Assembly: GCF_011386835.1 (NCBI RefSeq)
Contig: NC_088794.1
Location: 34,658,001-34,722,000 of the forward strand
DNA from: Chrysemys picta bellii
Taxonomy: Eukaryota
Length of the DNA stretch: 64,000 nucleotides
Direction of reading: 5' to 3'
In this document: piece by piece, positions 39,101-51,092 of the stretch
Numbering within the stretch: the stretch's first letter is position 1
Layout of the letters: every line of letters begins with the position of its first letter
Program-made: the position numbers and the translations under genes
Notes under the pieces: generated by a model
Databases searched by the model: none
The model's input: only the letters and a program-made list of their open reading frames with translations
What the model was told of the DNA's origin: nothing

Positions 39101-39641
39101 TGAAGAGCAGTCACAGGGCAAAAAAAGGCTGCTGCTTTTTCGCCACAGGTGGAAAGAGGGACTGTGAGAAGCCCCAATTTCTCTTTAGGAGAATCTGGCC
39201 ACAGGAAGTCACTCCTATTCTAATAGTTTAGTAGGAAAATTAAGTGAAAAGGCCATCCCTCTGGTGATATGCAGGTGGAGTGATTGTGCATGGACAGAAG
39301 GACTGCCTTATGGGAGGCAGTATCTCTTAGGAGCTGATGATGTACATTCTGCAGTTTGGGTGTATTATGGAAGGAGAAGCTTACATGAGGGAGGCAGGTG
39401 TCATGCAAGGTGCATCTTCACTAGGAAAAAAAAGGTGTGTTCTTACCTTGAGTTAAAATCCTAGTGAAGACAGTCACCAACACTCCCCTCATAAGGCTGT
39501 CCTAATAAAACAAACTTCTTTGACCCCCTCCCAATGTTTGCTTTCCCTTGTGAAGGCCACTTCTCTGCCATCAAGTCTTCTGTGGTTTTCAAAAGGGGAA
39601 GCAGACACTGTGTGGAGTGGGGAAAGGGGGTTAAGGAAGTA

Positions 39642-40367
39642 CAGTAACTCCTCGCTTAACGTTGTAGTTATGTTCCTGAAAAATGCTACTTTAAGTGACA
39701 CGATGTTAAGCGAATCCAATTTCCCCATAAGAATTAATGTAAATAGGGGGGTTAAGTTCCAGGGAAAATTTTTTTCTCCAGACAAAAGATATATATAATA
39801 TATATACACACACACACATACACAGTAAGTGTACTCTAAGTACACTGCCTTTTTAAGTAGATCAGCAGGTTGACAGCAGCTGCTGCCTGCAAGTTCCCTC
39901 TGTCCTGAGCCCTGTGGCGTCCCTCTCCCCCCGCCCGCTCTATGGAGATGGGGTACAGGAGCGGGGGAGGGGGACACCCTGACATTAGCACCTCTCTTCC
40001 CCCCTCCCTACACAGCAAGCAGGACGCTTGCACACAGGAACAGCTCCAAGGCAGAGGGCAGGAGTAGCACACAGCAGTGGGGGGGAGGGACAGCTGAACT
40101 GCCCAGCAATTAATACCCTGCTGGGTGGCTGCTGCACAGGGAACTTAGGGGAGCTGTTGGGGGGCTGCCGGTCCACCCTGGTTCCAAGCCCCCACCAGCT
40201 AGCTCCAACGGGCTGCTCTTTCTGCAAGCAGCGGACAAAGCAGGCGGCTGCCAAAAAAACATTATAAGGGAGCATTATGCAACTTTAAACGAGCATGTTC
40301 TCGAATAGATCAGCAACGTAACAACGAAACAATGTTAACCGGGACTACATTAAGTGAGGAGTTTCTG
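39642..40367. mobile_element. Tc1/mariner (Tigger/pogo-like) non-autonomous element
   Basis: TIR CAGTAACTCCTCGCTTAACGTTGTAGT / ACTACATTAAGTGAGGAGTTTCTG; TA TSD at 39640-39641 and 40368-40369. Confidence 0.88.
39789..39824. repeat. (AT)n-(CA)n microsatellite inside the Tigger-like element
   Basis: ATATATATAATATATATACACACACACACATACACA. Confidence 0.85.
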
Positions 40368-41185
40368 TACAGTACATTAGGGCAGTCTTATGAGGGGAGA
40401 GATGGTGCATTTAAGGAAGGAGCATGTTTGAAAAGCATCTGAAGAGCAAACAAGTGGGAGACCACCACAAAAAATTAGCAAGAACCTTACAGGGATAGTG
40501 TGAATTCCTACTGTGATGGATGACAGTAGATAACTGGAGAGTAATGTATGCAATTGGCCTCTCCACCATGATCTCACTTTCTGGGAAACGAACCATCTTC
40601 TAGAACATAGCTCACCTTACATTGTATGTTTTTCCTTTTCCCAGTCTCTCCTTCAAACTCTATTCTAAAGCACCATTAGCACTTATTACAATTTAGCAGG
40701 GAATTTTGTTGGGAGAGTCTGAGTTGGGCTCTGACTGATAATGAAGAGACAGTATCAAGTGTGAAGGAATGGTCACTTTCTTACAGACTGGATTCCACCC
40801 CACCACGGGAATGATTCATGCTTCTTTAATTACAATGAGTGATTTCCTTAATGGTAAAATCCACAAACAATGCTATTCTTATCTATTTTGTATTTCAGAC
40901 ATTTATCCATGCAGAAGCATGTTATCTGTAAATAGACTGGGTGAAAGTCAGCAATAGATTTTTCCTTTTAGCTAAAAACTGAAAAAAATATTGAAAATAC
41001 ATAGGTTGCACTTTTTTTTAGTACTTTCCATCCAAATAGCTTAAAATGTTTTCTGAACATTAATGAGTTAAGCCTGTGGAGTAGACAGTAACAATATGCC
41101 TATATCATCCCATTCTACAGAAAAGGAAATGGAAGCACAGAGAAATTACATGACTTGAGTGAGTTCACACAGTAAACACACAAGA

Positions 41186-41366
41186 GAGGGACAGCTCAGT
41201 GGTTTGAGCATTGGCCTGCTAAACCCAGGGTTGTGAGTTCAATCCTTGAGGGGGCCATTTAGGGATTTGGGACAAAAATCAGTCAGGGACAGTACTTGGT
41301 CCTGCTGTGAAGGCAGGAGACTGGACTTGATGACCTTTCAAGGTCCCTTCCAGCTCTATGAGATAG
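41186..41366 (+). mobile_element. tRNA-derived SINE (tortoise Pol III/SINE type) with CR1-derived tail, inserted in an older CORE-SINE remnant
   Basis: A box CAGCTCAGTGG; B box GAGTTCAATCC; tail GATGACCTTTCAAGGTCCCTTCCAGCTCTATGAGATAGG. Flanks 41085-41180 and 41367-41410 look MIR-like. Confidence 0.9.
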
Positions 41367-42123
41367 GACAGAGCCAGGAATAAAACAGAAGCCTCCCAGC
41401 CTTATGCTTTAGCCATGAAATCTCTTATAAATTCATCTTAAGTTAAACACATGACATGCTGCATTTGTAAACAACTGGTGCAGTCTGTCAATCAATATAG
41501 TCAATTAAGAAATTAAGGTTATGAAGAATGTTCATCAAATATTACGAGCTTTAATCCATTACGTGTTTCCACTTCAGTTATCAATAATTAATGTGATTTT
41601 TTAAAAACTCATCACACCAAAAAAATTGTCAGTAAAGTTAGAAAATATTTGGGAACAAGCAGTTATCTATTGCAATTCCTAACAATACAAATTGAATTCT
41701 TCCAAGTTTGATGTATAAATGGCACAGCAACACGTCACCTGGATGTAGGACCCAATGCTGCAATACGCTGAGCACCTCTTCGCAGAGGCTAAATAATTAC
41801 AGGTCTTATTAACCCCCCTGATGATTTTCAGGTTCTTAACATTCCAAAACCACCACACTTCATTTCAAAGCCCACTAACATTGGTAAGCGACCATGTGAT
41901 CACCTATCACATCATTTAAAAAACCCAAGTACTTAAAAGCAAGGAAATGAACAGTTAAGGACATAATACCTCTTGTTCTGCCCACAGAATTAATACACAT
42001 TACTTTTATCAAATATAAAAAATGTATATTTATTGCTAAACCACTACAGCTCTTCTGTGGACTGGTGGGGGGTGGAGGAGGTGGGCTGGGCTTATGCATT
42101 GTGTGTCAACTCACTGTTACTAT

Positions 42124-42197
42124 ATTAGAGACTCAAATAAATTTGTTAGTCTCTAAGGTGCCACAAGTACAGTCTAACACGGCTGCTACTCTGAAAC
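42124..42197 (+). mobile_element. Penelope-like element terminal fragment (deleted, short 5' inversion)
   Basis: AATAAATTTGTTAGTCTCTAAGGTGCCACAAGTAC...CTAACACGGCTGCTACTCTGAAA matches 57496-57580; 10-bp TSD CTGTTACTAT (42114-42123, 42198-42207). Confidence 0.85.
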
Positions 42198-43599
42198 CTG
42201 TTACTATGTTGTTATAAAGGATAGTGTAAATATTGATTATGTCCTATTTATCAACTGAGTTGAATTTTGGTACTTGTTTCTTGCGAAACGTTTAGTATAT
42301 GTAATGAACAAAAGAGAGTAGAACTACTGATTAGATATTTATGAGAGCTGTATTTATGACATTAATCTGCCATTAAACATGAACATCTATAATTTGTTTC
42401 TTTCAAAATGGATGTGTGCCGTGTTTAGAATGTAAGATTACTGATAAAATAATAATTATTTTTATCACAATTATGATGATCTTTCAGCAACTGAACAGCA
42501 GGCAGAGACAAGCTACATTTCCTTATCTTTTGCTATTTCTCTATCTTCTCCCCTTTGTGTGCATTTATCTAGTCTTTAAATAGGATCAAACCAAAAGAAA
42601 TTGAGAGCTACCACCTAAAATTTCCTTCCTCCACATTAAAAAGAACATTCAATGCCATTTAGGAGAGTCAAGCAAGTGTTTCTCCCTTTAACAAACACAA
42701 AGAGAGTTTGTTAAAATTAAAATGTACTTTCAGGTTTTAAAATGTTTGGACTTTTCTCCCTTATTAAAAGAGACAAAGTAAATGTTAAAAGAACTTCCTA
42801 GTTGATAGTGTAAAACAAGAGAGAAGTCCTTGGGAACAGAACTTCAAAACACAAGTTACCATAAGGGTAACTAAATTACAACATTCTAAAAACCCTATCT
42901 ATTCCTTACAACAGCATGAACAAAGTCAGTATTATAATGGTTGAAATTGTAAACTCTAGGAAGGCAAAATATACCTTCTACCTGGGGACTATAGTAACCC
43001 CGGCCTAGTGGCTCCAAAAAAACCCACAAGCATCTACCAAAAGAGTTGCATGAAAATCTGTTCACTTGAGCTACAGAAATATGCTTATGTCCTTTCTAAG
43101 TTGTAACCTGCTAATAGAAGGCAACTTATTCTCACAGTGTCTGATCCCACTCCCACTGAAATTCATGTAAAAATCCTACCCTGACACCATTTGGAGCAGA
43201 ACTGGGACCACAGCTTTCACTGAGATCAACGGGAACAGGATTGGGTGCAAAATCTAGCCAAAACAAGTCAATGTAGCATAACTACAGCCTATCTTATTCA
43301 AAGATAGCTGCCACATGAATGTTCAAGGAGATTTAACTACATGCTAAGTGTAGGGGCACCGACAAGCCATTAATGAGCTAGAGGGAGACAGAAACAGATC
43401 AAAGTCAACCTGTCATATCAAATTTATTTTTTTGTTTTGACAAACTCTTCCTAGAAACACCCTCCTTTTGCCTTTAGGGTAAAGGTGGCAATTTTCATGT
43501 TGCATCAATTTCAATCCAAAGTTATAGGGGATGTAAAACAGGTCTTTATAACAGAAGCTGACTGGACCAACCCCCTCCCTGTTTGTTCACATAGTATAT

Positions 43600-44342
43600 T
43601 GCAGTTGTATTGTCCGTATGCGTCTGAACCAACAAGCCCCTGACTTGAATGAGAAAAGCCAGTCAAACATTGTGAATTCTTGAAGCTCAAGGACAGTGAT
43701 TTGTAACAACGGCTCTTGTTCTGTCCACAATACTTGGGCTCACAAAGTCCCTAAATGTGTACCCCAGGCTATCACTGAAGCACCAGTAACGATAGTCTTG
43801 GTCCGGTGGGATGAGTAAAAGGCACAACTTCACATACATTGCTCTGATCTATCGACCACTGTAGGAGACTCCACGACTGCAAAACAACCAGGGTCAATGT
43901 CCAGAGGAGGATTATTTGGGCACTAAACTTCAAGCACCCCTGAACCAGTGTGTGGGATCACTATTTGAGATAGCCCTCATACACAATGGACAGTGCTTAA
44001 TGCCTGGTAAGCACGTACTACTGGGTTTTGCATCAAACTAACAAAAACTAATGGATACTAACTAATTACAAAAAAAACAGAGAGAAGCTTGCTGTGATGC
44101 AGTAACCATGAGGTAAACCACACAAGGAGCACCGACTCAGGCCACAAGTAGTGAGAAGGAACTAAGGGGGTTATGGTGGTGCCACCCTTATACAGCCTCG
44201 GGGAGGGGGGAGGGGCAGGAGGCGGCACAGGGCACATGGGCCAACTCAACAGGTACTGCTACATAAAGCTCTCTGGCTCTGACACGCTGGGCATATGCAC
44301 ACCTGAGTGGAGTACATATTTGAAACCACTTGAAGAACAGTA
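43600..44342 (-). mobile_element. Old DIRS 5' remnant (left terminal region plus start of gag)
   Basis: 44030-44342 parallels 4730-5062 (GAAGGAACT.AGGG, CCCTTATAC, GGTACTGCTA, GCACACCT..GTGGA...C..GAAGAA). Inner boundary uncertain. Confidence 0.6.
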
Positions 44343-44559
44343 AGTCACTCAGGGTGTCAACATGTTAAACTCTATTGAGAGGATAAGCAGAAATGAGACA
44401 GGGTACTGTTATCCAGGAAGGCATTAAAGGGTGCCATCAACTAGTTGTTTGACCTGTAGACAATGGTAAAAGTGCTTGAAGCTGAGGCTGTTAATCAGAT
44501 GACAGGGGTTCTCATTTATCCTCCTTTTTTCCCTTTGGGTTTTCAATTTTCTATAAAAT

Positions 44560-44980
44560 CAATAGGGTTTTGTTATCACATTACATACAAAGAGAAATGC
44601 TGTTGAGCATAATGCCTCTGCAAGCTCAATCAATGGTACACCTTCATGTGGAAAACTATGGGCAGGACTGGTCACCCTACCTCTAAGAGGGTACTGTAGA
44701 GTTGGAGGGGGTTCAGAGAATGGTGACAAAATGATTAGGGGCATAGAAGTCTCGTGAGAGAGACTGAAAAGCCTAGAATTGTTTACTTTGAAAGGTGACA
44801 TGATAAAAGTATATAAATAATGAATGTTTTTTAAAGAACGTAGATAAGGAAGCGTCTGTTCTTCCTGTCTCAGAACACAAGAAAAAGGGGACATGCAATG
44901 AAACTGAAAGGTGGCAAATTAAAAAATAAGAGGGAAAAACCTCTCCATACAATGTGTAATTAGATTGGAACTGTGCCACG
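44560..44980 (+). mobile_element. Diverged CR1 ORF2 C-terminal fragment
   Basis: GGGGGTTCAGAGAATGGTGACAAAATGATTAGGGGCATAG...GAGAGACTGAAAAGCCTAGAATTGTTTAC is homologous to 29440-29530. Confidence 0.75.
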
Positions 44981-45040
44981 GAGAAAGAGAACTTTGGGTA
45001 TTTATAGGAACAAACATATCTAATCCCTCATTGAATCTTA

Positions 45041-45716
45041 GAGCTTCTCTGCATGGTGGGGTAACGCACTCTACAGGGGTGTTGTTTTCTACAACTCACT
45101 AACGTGCTGCACATTAAATGGTCTGTGCAGACCCTGTTGGTGCACACTAAAGGTTCCCTAGTATGCTTTAACATAATGTGGACATTGCTGGTGCACACTC
45201 AAGTTTCTCTAGTGTGCTTTAACATAGTGCTATTTGAAAAAAATCTGTTAAAATGCACTAGGGCAGTGCTTCTCAAAGCCGGTCCGCCGCTTGTTCAGGG
45301 AAAGCCCCTAGCGGTCCAGGTTGGTTTGTTTACCTGCCGCATCTGCAGGTTCGGCCGATCGTGGCTCCCACTGGCCGCAGTTCGCCGTTCCAGGCCAATG
45401 GGGGCTGTGGGAAGCGGCGCGGGCCAAGGGATGTGCTGGCAGCCCTTCCTGCAGCACCCATTGGCCTGGAGTGGTGAACCGCGGCCAGTGGGAGCCGCGA
45501 TTGGCCGAACCTGTGGATGTGGCAGGTAAACAAACTGGCCCAGACCGCCAGGGGCTTTCCCTGCACAAGCAGCGGCCCAACTTTGAGAAGCACTGCATAA
45601 GGGAACCTTTAGTGCAAACCTACAGGGTCTACACAGACCAATTAATGTGCAACATGGTAGCGTGCTTTAGAAATCACACCCCCATAGTGTGCGTTACCTC
45701 TCCGTATAGACTACCC
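45041..45716. mobile_element. Harbinger-type foldback MITE hosting a nested hAT MITE
   Basis: About 120-bp imperfect inverted arms (GGTAACGCAC...TAAAGGTTCCCT); TTA TSD at 45038-45040 and 45717-45719. Confidence 0.75.
45264..45595. mobile_element. hAT-type palindromic MITE
   Basis: TIR CAGTGCTTCTCAAAG / CTTTGAGAAGCACTG; degenerate 8-bp TSD CACTAGGG / CATAAGGG; nearly the whole element is self-complementary. Confidence 0.85.
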
Positions 45717-45786
45717 TTACTGAGTTCTAACTGTTAATGCAAGTGAAAATATTGGATGAATTTTGGATTTTCCTCTGAAGTATCTA

Positions 45787-45870
45787 GTTCCAACCACTGT
45801 CAGAGTCAGGATACTGGACTAGATGGACCAGAAGTCAGATCCAATAAGCCAATTTCTATGCTCTTATAAA
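45787..45870 (+). mobile_element. CR1 3' UTR remnant
   Basis: CCACTGTCAGAGTCAGGATACTGGACTAGATGGACC...TTCTATGCTCTTAT; homologous to 61382-61458. Confidence 0.65.
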
Positions 45871-46448
45871 GAAACAAATATGCATAGGATGCATGCTCTA
45901 TCATAGAGCTAACATGACCCATCTCTTTGCAGTCCACAGCTTCTTTATGACTCATTCTTAAGCACACATGCAATGGGAGCTTGCCTGAACACACTCAGTG
46001 CACTCACATTAGAGCAGGAACAACTCTATCCAGAGGCAGACCCGTCTAATATTTTCAAGAGTTAGCAATAGTAAGCAGGAGCTGTATAAGCTTCTTTAAA
46101 TATATGAGGTGCCTCAATCTTGACCTGTAATAACAATTCCTATACTAAGTCTTATCAAATTTGTGGAGTTTGTGCGATGTGGACAAAGCATCTAACTAGG
46201 GACTAGGAAGAGATCAAATTTCTTTATCTGTAATCAAAAGAGAATTTCAAGACAGATCTCCAGTGGAAAAAACTAGAGCATGAAGCCAATGTCACCTTGT
46301 AAGGTTTAATACAATCAACTACAACATGAAAATAGTGAACTGTGTAATGTGGTAAATGTCCAAGTTCATGAAAACTGTTTAATGCTTTTGATGTTCATTG
46401 CTTGACACCTAGCATGGTGTCACCATCATTGCACATCTCACTCCCTGT

Positions 46449-47139
46449 TGTGACAAAGTTCCTCCTCTACCTTGGTGGGTTCTGTGCTTATTGGCGGATT
46501 TGCTCGCTTCACAGATCCACCCTGTGGGTCAGGAAACAGTTCAGAGACCTTTCCCTCTGGTAGAAGCTATAGTCCAGGTCAATTCCTCCTGTGTTTGATC
46601 AGGAGTTGGGAGGTATGGGGGGAACCCAGGCCCGCCCTCTACTCCGGGTTCCAGCCCAGGGCCCTGTGGACTGCAGCTGTCTATAGTGCCTCCTGTAACA
46701 GCTGCATGACAGCTACAACTCCCTGGGCTACTTCCCCATGGCCTCCTCCCAACACCTTCTTTGTCCTCACCACCGGACCTTCCTCTTGATATCTGATAAC
46801 GCTTGTGCTCCTCAGTCCTCCAGCAGCACGCCTACTCACTCTAAGCTTCTTGCACACCTCTTGCTCCCAGTTCCTCACACTCACTTCCTCTCCTCTGGCT
46901 CCCCGGCTCCCCCTGGCTTGACTGGAGTGAGCCCTTTTATAGCATCAGAGGGGCCTTAATTAGAGTCAGGTGCTTAACTGCCTCACCTGACTCTTAGCAG
47001 GTTAATTGGAGTCAGGTGGTCTATTAGCCTGGAGCAGCCCCTGCTCTGGTCACTCAGGGAACAGAAAACTACTTATCCAGTGACCAGTATACCTCCCTTC
47101 TGCTACTCTGCTGTTCCCAACTGGTCTGGGTCTATCACA
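46449..47139. mobile_element. Solo-LTR-like element
   Basis: TGTGAC...ATCACA termini and GC-rich interior; flanks CTGT / CTAC give only a partial TSD. Confidence 0.6.
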
Positions 47140-47206
47140 CTACATAAGTAAAATGATTAATTTCTTCTAGTGTTTCTCCATTTACTCCGATGGTTGCTTT
47201 TGGGAC

Positions 47207-47329
47207 TAGGGTGACCAGATGTCCCGATTTTATAGGGACAGTCCCGATTTTTGGGTCTTTTTCTTATATAGGCTCCTATTACCCCCCACCCTTGTCCCGA
47301 TTTTTCACATTTGCTGTCTGGTCACCCTA
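47207..47329. mobile_element. hAT-type MITE (123 bp)
   Basis: TIR TAGGGTGACCAGA / TCTGGTCACCCTA; perfect 8-bp TSD TTTGGGAC (47199-47206, 47330-47337). Confidence 0.92.
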
Positions 47330-47539
47330 TTTGGGACATTGATAGCCGTATATTTGGTCTTTCCACTTGTTTTGCTGTGTCTGACAAAAGCTGGGTCTCT
47401 TCTTTCATTAAGAGATGGGTTTGAATTAATCAGGGTGAAGTCGTCGGCAAAAACACGAGGTCATCCAGTACTGCTTTATCATTTGTCCATAAAATTACAA
47501 GTGCAAACAATACTAGGGACATGATACACCCTTGCCTCC

Positions 47540-47880
47540 AGCGGTCACTGCAAACCACTGGCATCATGTCTGTACATTACGGAGCAGAGTCCTGGAAAAC
47601 TATAATAGAAATGGATAATAACAACTCATTCCAAAGTAAATGCTTCTGGAAGATCTTCAGAGTTCATTGGAAAGAGTTTATCAGCATCAGAAATTTTAAT
47701 TAGTGCAAACAAACCTAAAGCATCAAATATAGTAAGATGAGGATCCTGGACATATTTAGGACATGCTTTAAGAATGCCACCATGACGACTTTCACATCCA
47801 GTGATAATAAGGACACCACCTGGGAAGAGGACAAAAATGGCAACCTAAAGAAACATTATACAGAACAATAGAGAAAGAAG
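47540..47880 (+). mobile_element. Old RTE-type LINE ORF C-terminal remnant
   Basis: Broken frames read YGAESWK...FQSKCFWKIFRVHWKEFIS...YLGHALRMP...PGKR...PKET..RTIEKE. Confidence 0.65.
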
Positions 47881-47882
47881 CT

Positions 47883-48484
47883 TGTGACAGGATGGACTAG
47901 GTTTGGAGGCCTCCTGCTGGAGGCCTTGTGGCCCTGCCTCACCCTGCCCCAGAAAAAAGCAGAGAAGTCCTCCAGGTAGCTAATCAGAGGGGCTGCTGGA
48001 GTAGCCACTCAGGGGCCAAAAGGGCCACATAAAATGAAGTAGCAGAGGCAGAGCAGTCAGTTGTTGCCTGGAACTGGAAGAGGGAGGACAGAGTGCCTGG
48101 CTGGCTGGAAGAGCAGCAGAACCATGGACAGGTCAGTGTGGGCAGGCTGAGTCCAGGGGACTGAGCCCAGAACCTAGCCAGAACAGGCAAGGATACTGTG
48201 ATGGGCCCTGTTGGTCTGGTTCAAGACTGAGCCCAGGAGGGCTGCCGAAAGGACACCAACTGAGGGTACTGAAAAGGGTCTCTGTTGGGCTGTTAATGAA
48301 GGCAGTGTCTCCAGGAAGGAAGCCTTGGGACTACAGCCCCATACCAGAGCCATGAGAAAGAACTAGAGACTGTATACCCCGGAAAGGGGGATAATGTGTG
48401 AGACACTGCCAGAGGGCTAAGCCACTGAAGACCCACCAAAAGAACTAAGGGGGCGCTTGCGAGAGGCAGGTGCCACCCTGTTGT
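47883..48484 (+). mobile_element. Probable diverged solo LTR
   Basis: Starts TGTGACAGG; purine-rich LTR-like interior with a TAAAA box; ends near CCACCCTGTTG. No TSD confirmed. Confidence 0.45.
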
Positions 48485-48564
48485 AAGAACTGAAAAAAAG
48501 CAGGATCACACCAGACCAGAAAGGTGGACGCACAAGAGATGGGTGCTGCCCTGTTCAAAACTGA

Positions 48565-48876
48565 GGGTATGTCTACATTACTCGCCAGATTGGCGGGTAG
48601 TGATCGATCTATCGGGGATCGATTTGTCACGTCTAGTGTAGATCCCCAATAAACCGATCCCCGATTGCTCTGCCGTCGACTCCGGAACTGCACTACAGCG
48701 AGAGGCGGAAGTGGAGTCGACGGGGGAGTGGCGGCCGTCGATCCCGCACTGTGAGGATACGAAATAGGTGATTCTAAGTCGATCTAAAATACGTCGACTT
48801 CAGCTACGCTATTCTCATAGCTGAAGTTGCATATCTTAGATCGATCCCCTCCCCCCCCCGCTGTGTAGACCAGGCT
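48565..48876. mobile_element. PIF/Harbinger-type MITE, same family as 24921-25208
   Basis: Termini GGGTATGTCTACA / TGTAGACCAGGCT; TGA TSD (48562-48564, 48877-48879). Confidence 0.85.
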
Positions 48877-50119
48877 TGAGTGATAGCAAGCACCAGAGAA
48901 AGGGGGTGTTCACAAGAGGCGGGTGCAAATGCCGTTACAAAGCCAAATCCATCAACATGACAATCAGAACCCTGTAGAGACCAGCAAAAGACTGAAATAA
49001 AATGGTGAAAACCACTTAAATAAATGGCGAAAATGGACACAAACTTGAGGGTGCAGTAGGGCAAAGAAAGAAAAAACATCTAACATGGAAAACTAGAGGG
49101 AGATTTTCAAAGGCACAAATGGGAATTAGATGCCTAATTCCCACTGAAGGTCAGTGTGGGTTAACTGCTCTTTCTGCCATTGAAAGTCTCCATCCTCTGT
49201 TGTTGTGAGCACACATTTACTGCTTAGTAACAATGCGACTATGTGAAGTACGTTAGTATGATTACAGACATGAATGAAAGTACATTCCCATTGCTTAGGT
49301 TCCAGCATCCTGGCAACAGACTTGCATTAATAATTTTGAGTTTTTCCACAGAGTAGTACACACAATGGCTTTCATTTACTTCTGCCACATCCATGTAGTT
49401 GTAGATATTGTACTGGTTTTAGTCACATTAACATGATTATCTTTACTTTGCCTTTCCATCTTTTTGCATTTCCTCAAAAAGCAACATCACAATAGGATTC
49501 CTGTTGCTTTTTCTCATAACTTCCGCATTGGAAGGGCATGGAAAGGAAACCCCAAATCTTTTACATCTTAGTTCTTGTCATGAACTTATATTGTCAACAT
49601 TGCAGCAGTTTATCAATAGATTGTTTCCATTTTGCTTTTGTCATATGTGATGAATTCTCACTTGCATGGACAATTTTTTTTCCATTAAGTCCCCGCAAAA
49701 AGTCACAGCATTATCAGAATAAGATTCTTAGTGCCACCTAACTTAAAATCACTGTAAACTGAACTGAAGCTTCTATTTACTTCTCAAAGAGCAGCCCCTA
49801 TGAGCTACTTTGGAAAATGTGTGTATTTTCTGGTTCCACTTGATAGTAACACACTTTTAAACATGTATTTCCTCTTCATCAGGTAATAGCTTAAGTTCAC
49901 TACTTCTTAGAAAGCATGTTAGTGTAAAAGCCTAGAAATGGTTTACGTGTAGAGTGTGTAAGGACTTGTCCACATACCAAATGGAACCAAAATTTCTATC
50001 AGCTGTAAATCACACCCTTCATTATTTCAGTTTAAGTCAGTGGGTGGACACTATTTCAGAATAACTGTACCCTATTTTGATATAACTTATGTCTATTCTT
50101 TAGTAGATGCACTAACTTA

Positions 50120-50386
50120 GGGCTATTCTACACTAGGAACTTACTTCAGTGTAGCTACATCTCTCAGGAAATGTGAAAAATCCATATCTCTGAGAGACGT
50201 AGCTATACCAACCTAACTCCTGGTGTAGACAGTGATAGGTCTACAAAATAATTCTTCCATCAACCTATCTACCACCTCTTGAGTAGGTGGATTCCCTACA
50301 CTGACAGGAGAACCTTTCCTGTTGGCATAGATAGTGTCTATACTGACGAGCTACAGCATAGTAGTGTTTTAAGTGTAGACATACAC
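50120..50386. mobile_element. Diverged Harbinger-type MITE
   Basis: GGGCTATTCTACACT / AGTGTAGACATACAC; flanks TTA / TCA. Confidence 0.7.
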
Positions 50387-50881
50387 TCAGCATAAAGGCA
50401 ATTCTTATACTAAAGTAAGTAAGGGTGTGAATTAAAATCAATTAATTTATTTCAGTTTCATTAATTATGTAGACAAGCCTTAAATCTGTTTTATTAGCAG
50501 GCTTCACCTTAAGGGTTTATCTTCCCTAGATTATTATTTTTACTTTGAACTAATTGATCCTCAATTAACTTGAGGGTACTTTACTTTGTAAATACTAGTC
50601 TGGGCACTCCCCAAATGTTTGTTTCGTGCTACAAATGTTTGTAGTTTACTCTGGGGATCAGTCTAAGGTACCAGGTCTAGACTAGAAACACAGTGTCGGT
50701 TAAGGGGTATGATTTTTTGTGAAGTTTCTAATATGGCAAGAGCTGTACCAGCAAACCAGTAGGCCTCATTCTAGTTAAACTACACGTATTTGCAGCCTGG
50801 AACAAACTTTTGTCAAGTGCCCAAACTAGGCTTTAATAGAGGAGTTTGAGATCAGAAAGCTTTTAATGCTATGTAAAGACA

Positions 50882-51092
50882 CAGGGCCAGCTCCAGGCAC
50901 CAGCTTGTCAAGCAGGTGCTTGGGGCGGCCACTCCGGAGGGGGCGGCACGTCCAGCTATTCAGCAGTAATTCGGCGGAGAGTCCCTCACTCCGGCTCGGA
51001 GCGTAGGACCTCCCGCCGAATTGCCACCGCAGATCTCAACTTTTTTTTTTTTTTGGCTGCTTGGGGCGGCCAAAACCCTGGAGCAGGCCCTG
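50882..51092. mobile_element. hAT-type MITE
   Basis: TIR CAGGGCCAGCTCCAGG / CCTGGAGCAGGCCCTG; 8-bp TSD TAAAGACA / TAAAGACT (7/8). Confidence 0.85.

Noticed and set aside
41186-41260. tRNA gene (also 57650-57722)
   Set aside because: The A/B boxes continue into a SINE body and CR1-type tail, and no complete cloverleaf acceptor stem is evident.
45104-45737. Mirror-image ORFs on both strands
   Set aside because: Artefact of the palindromic MITE.
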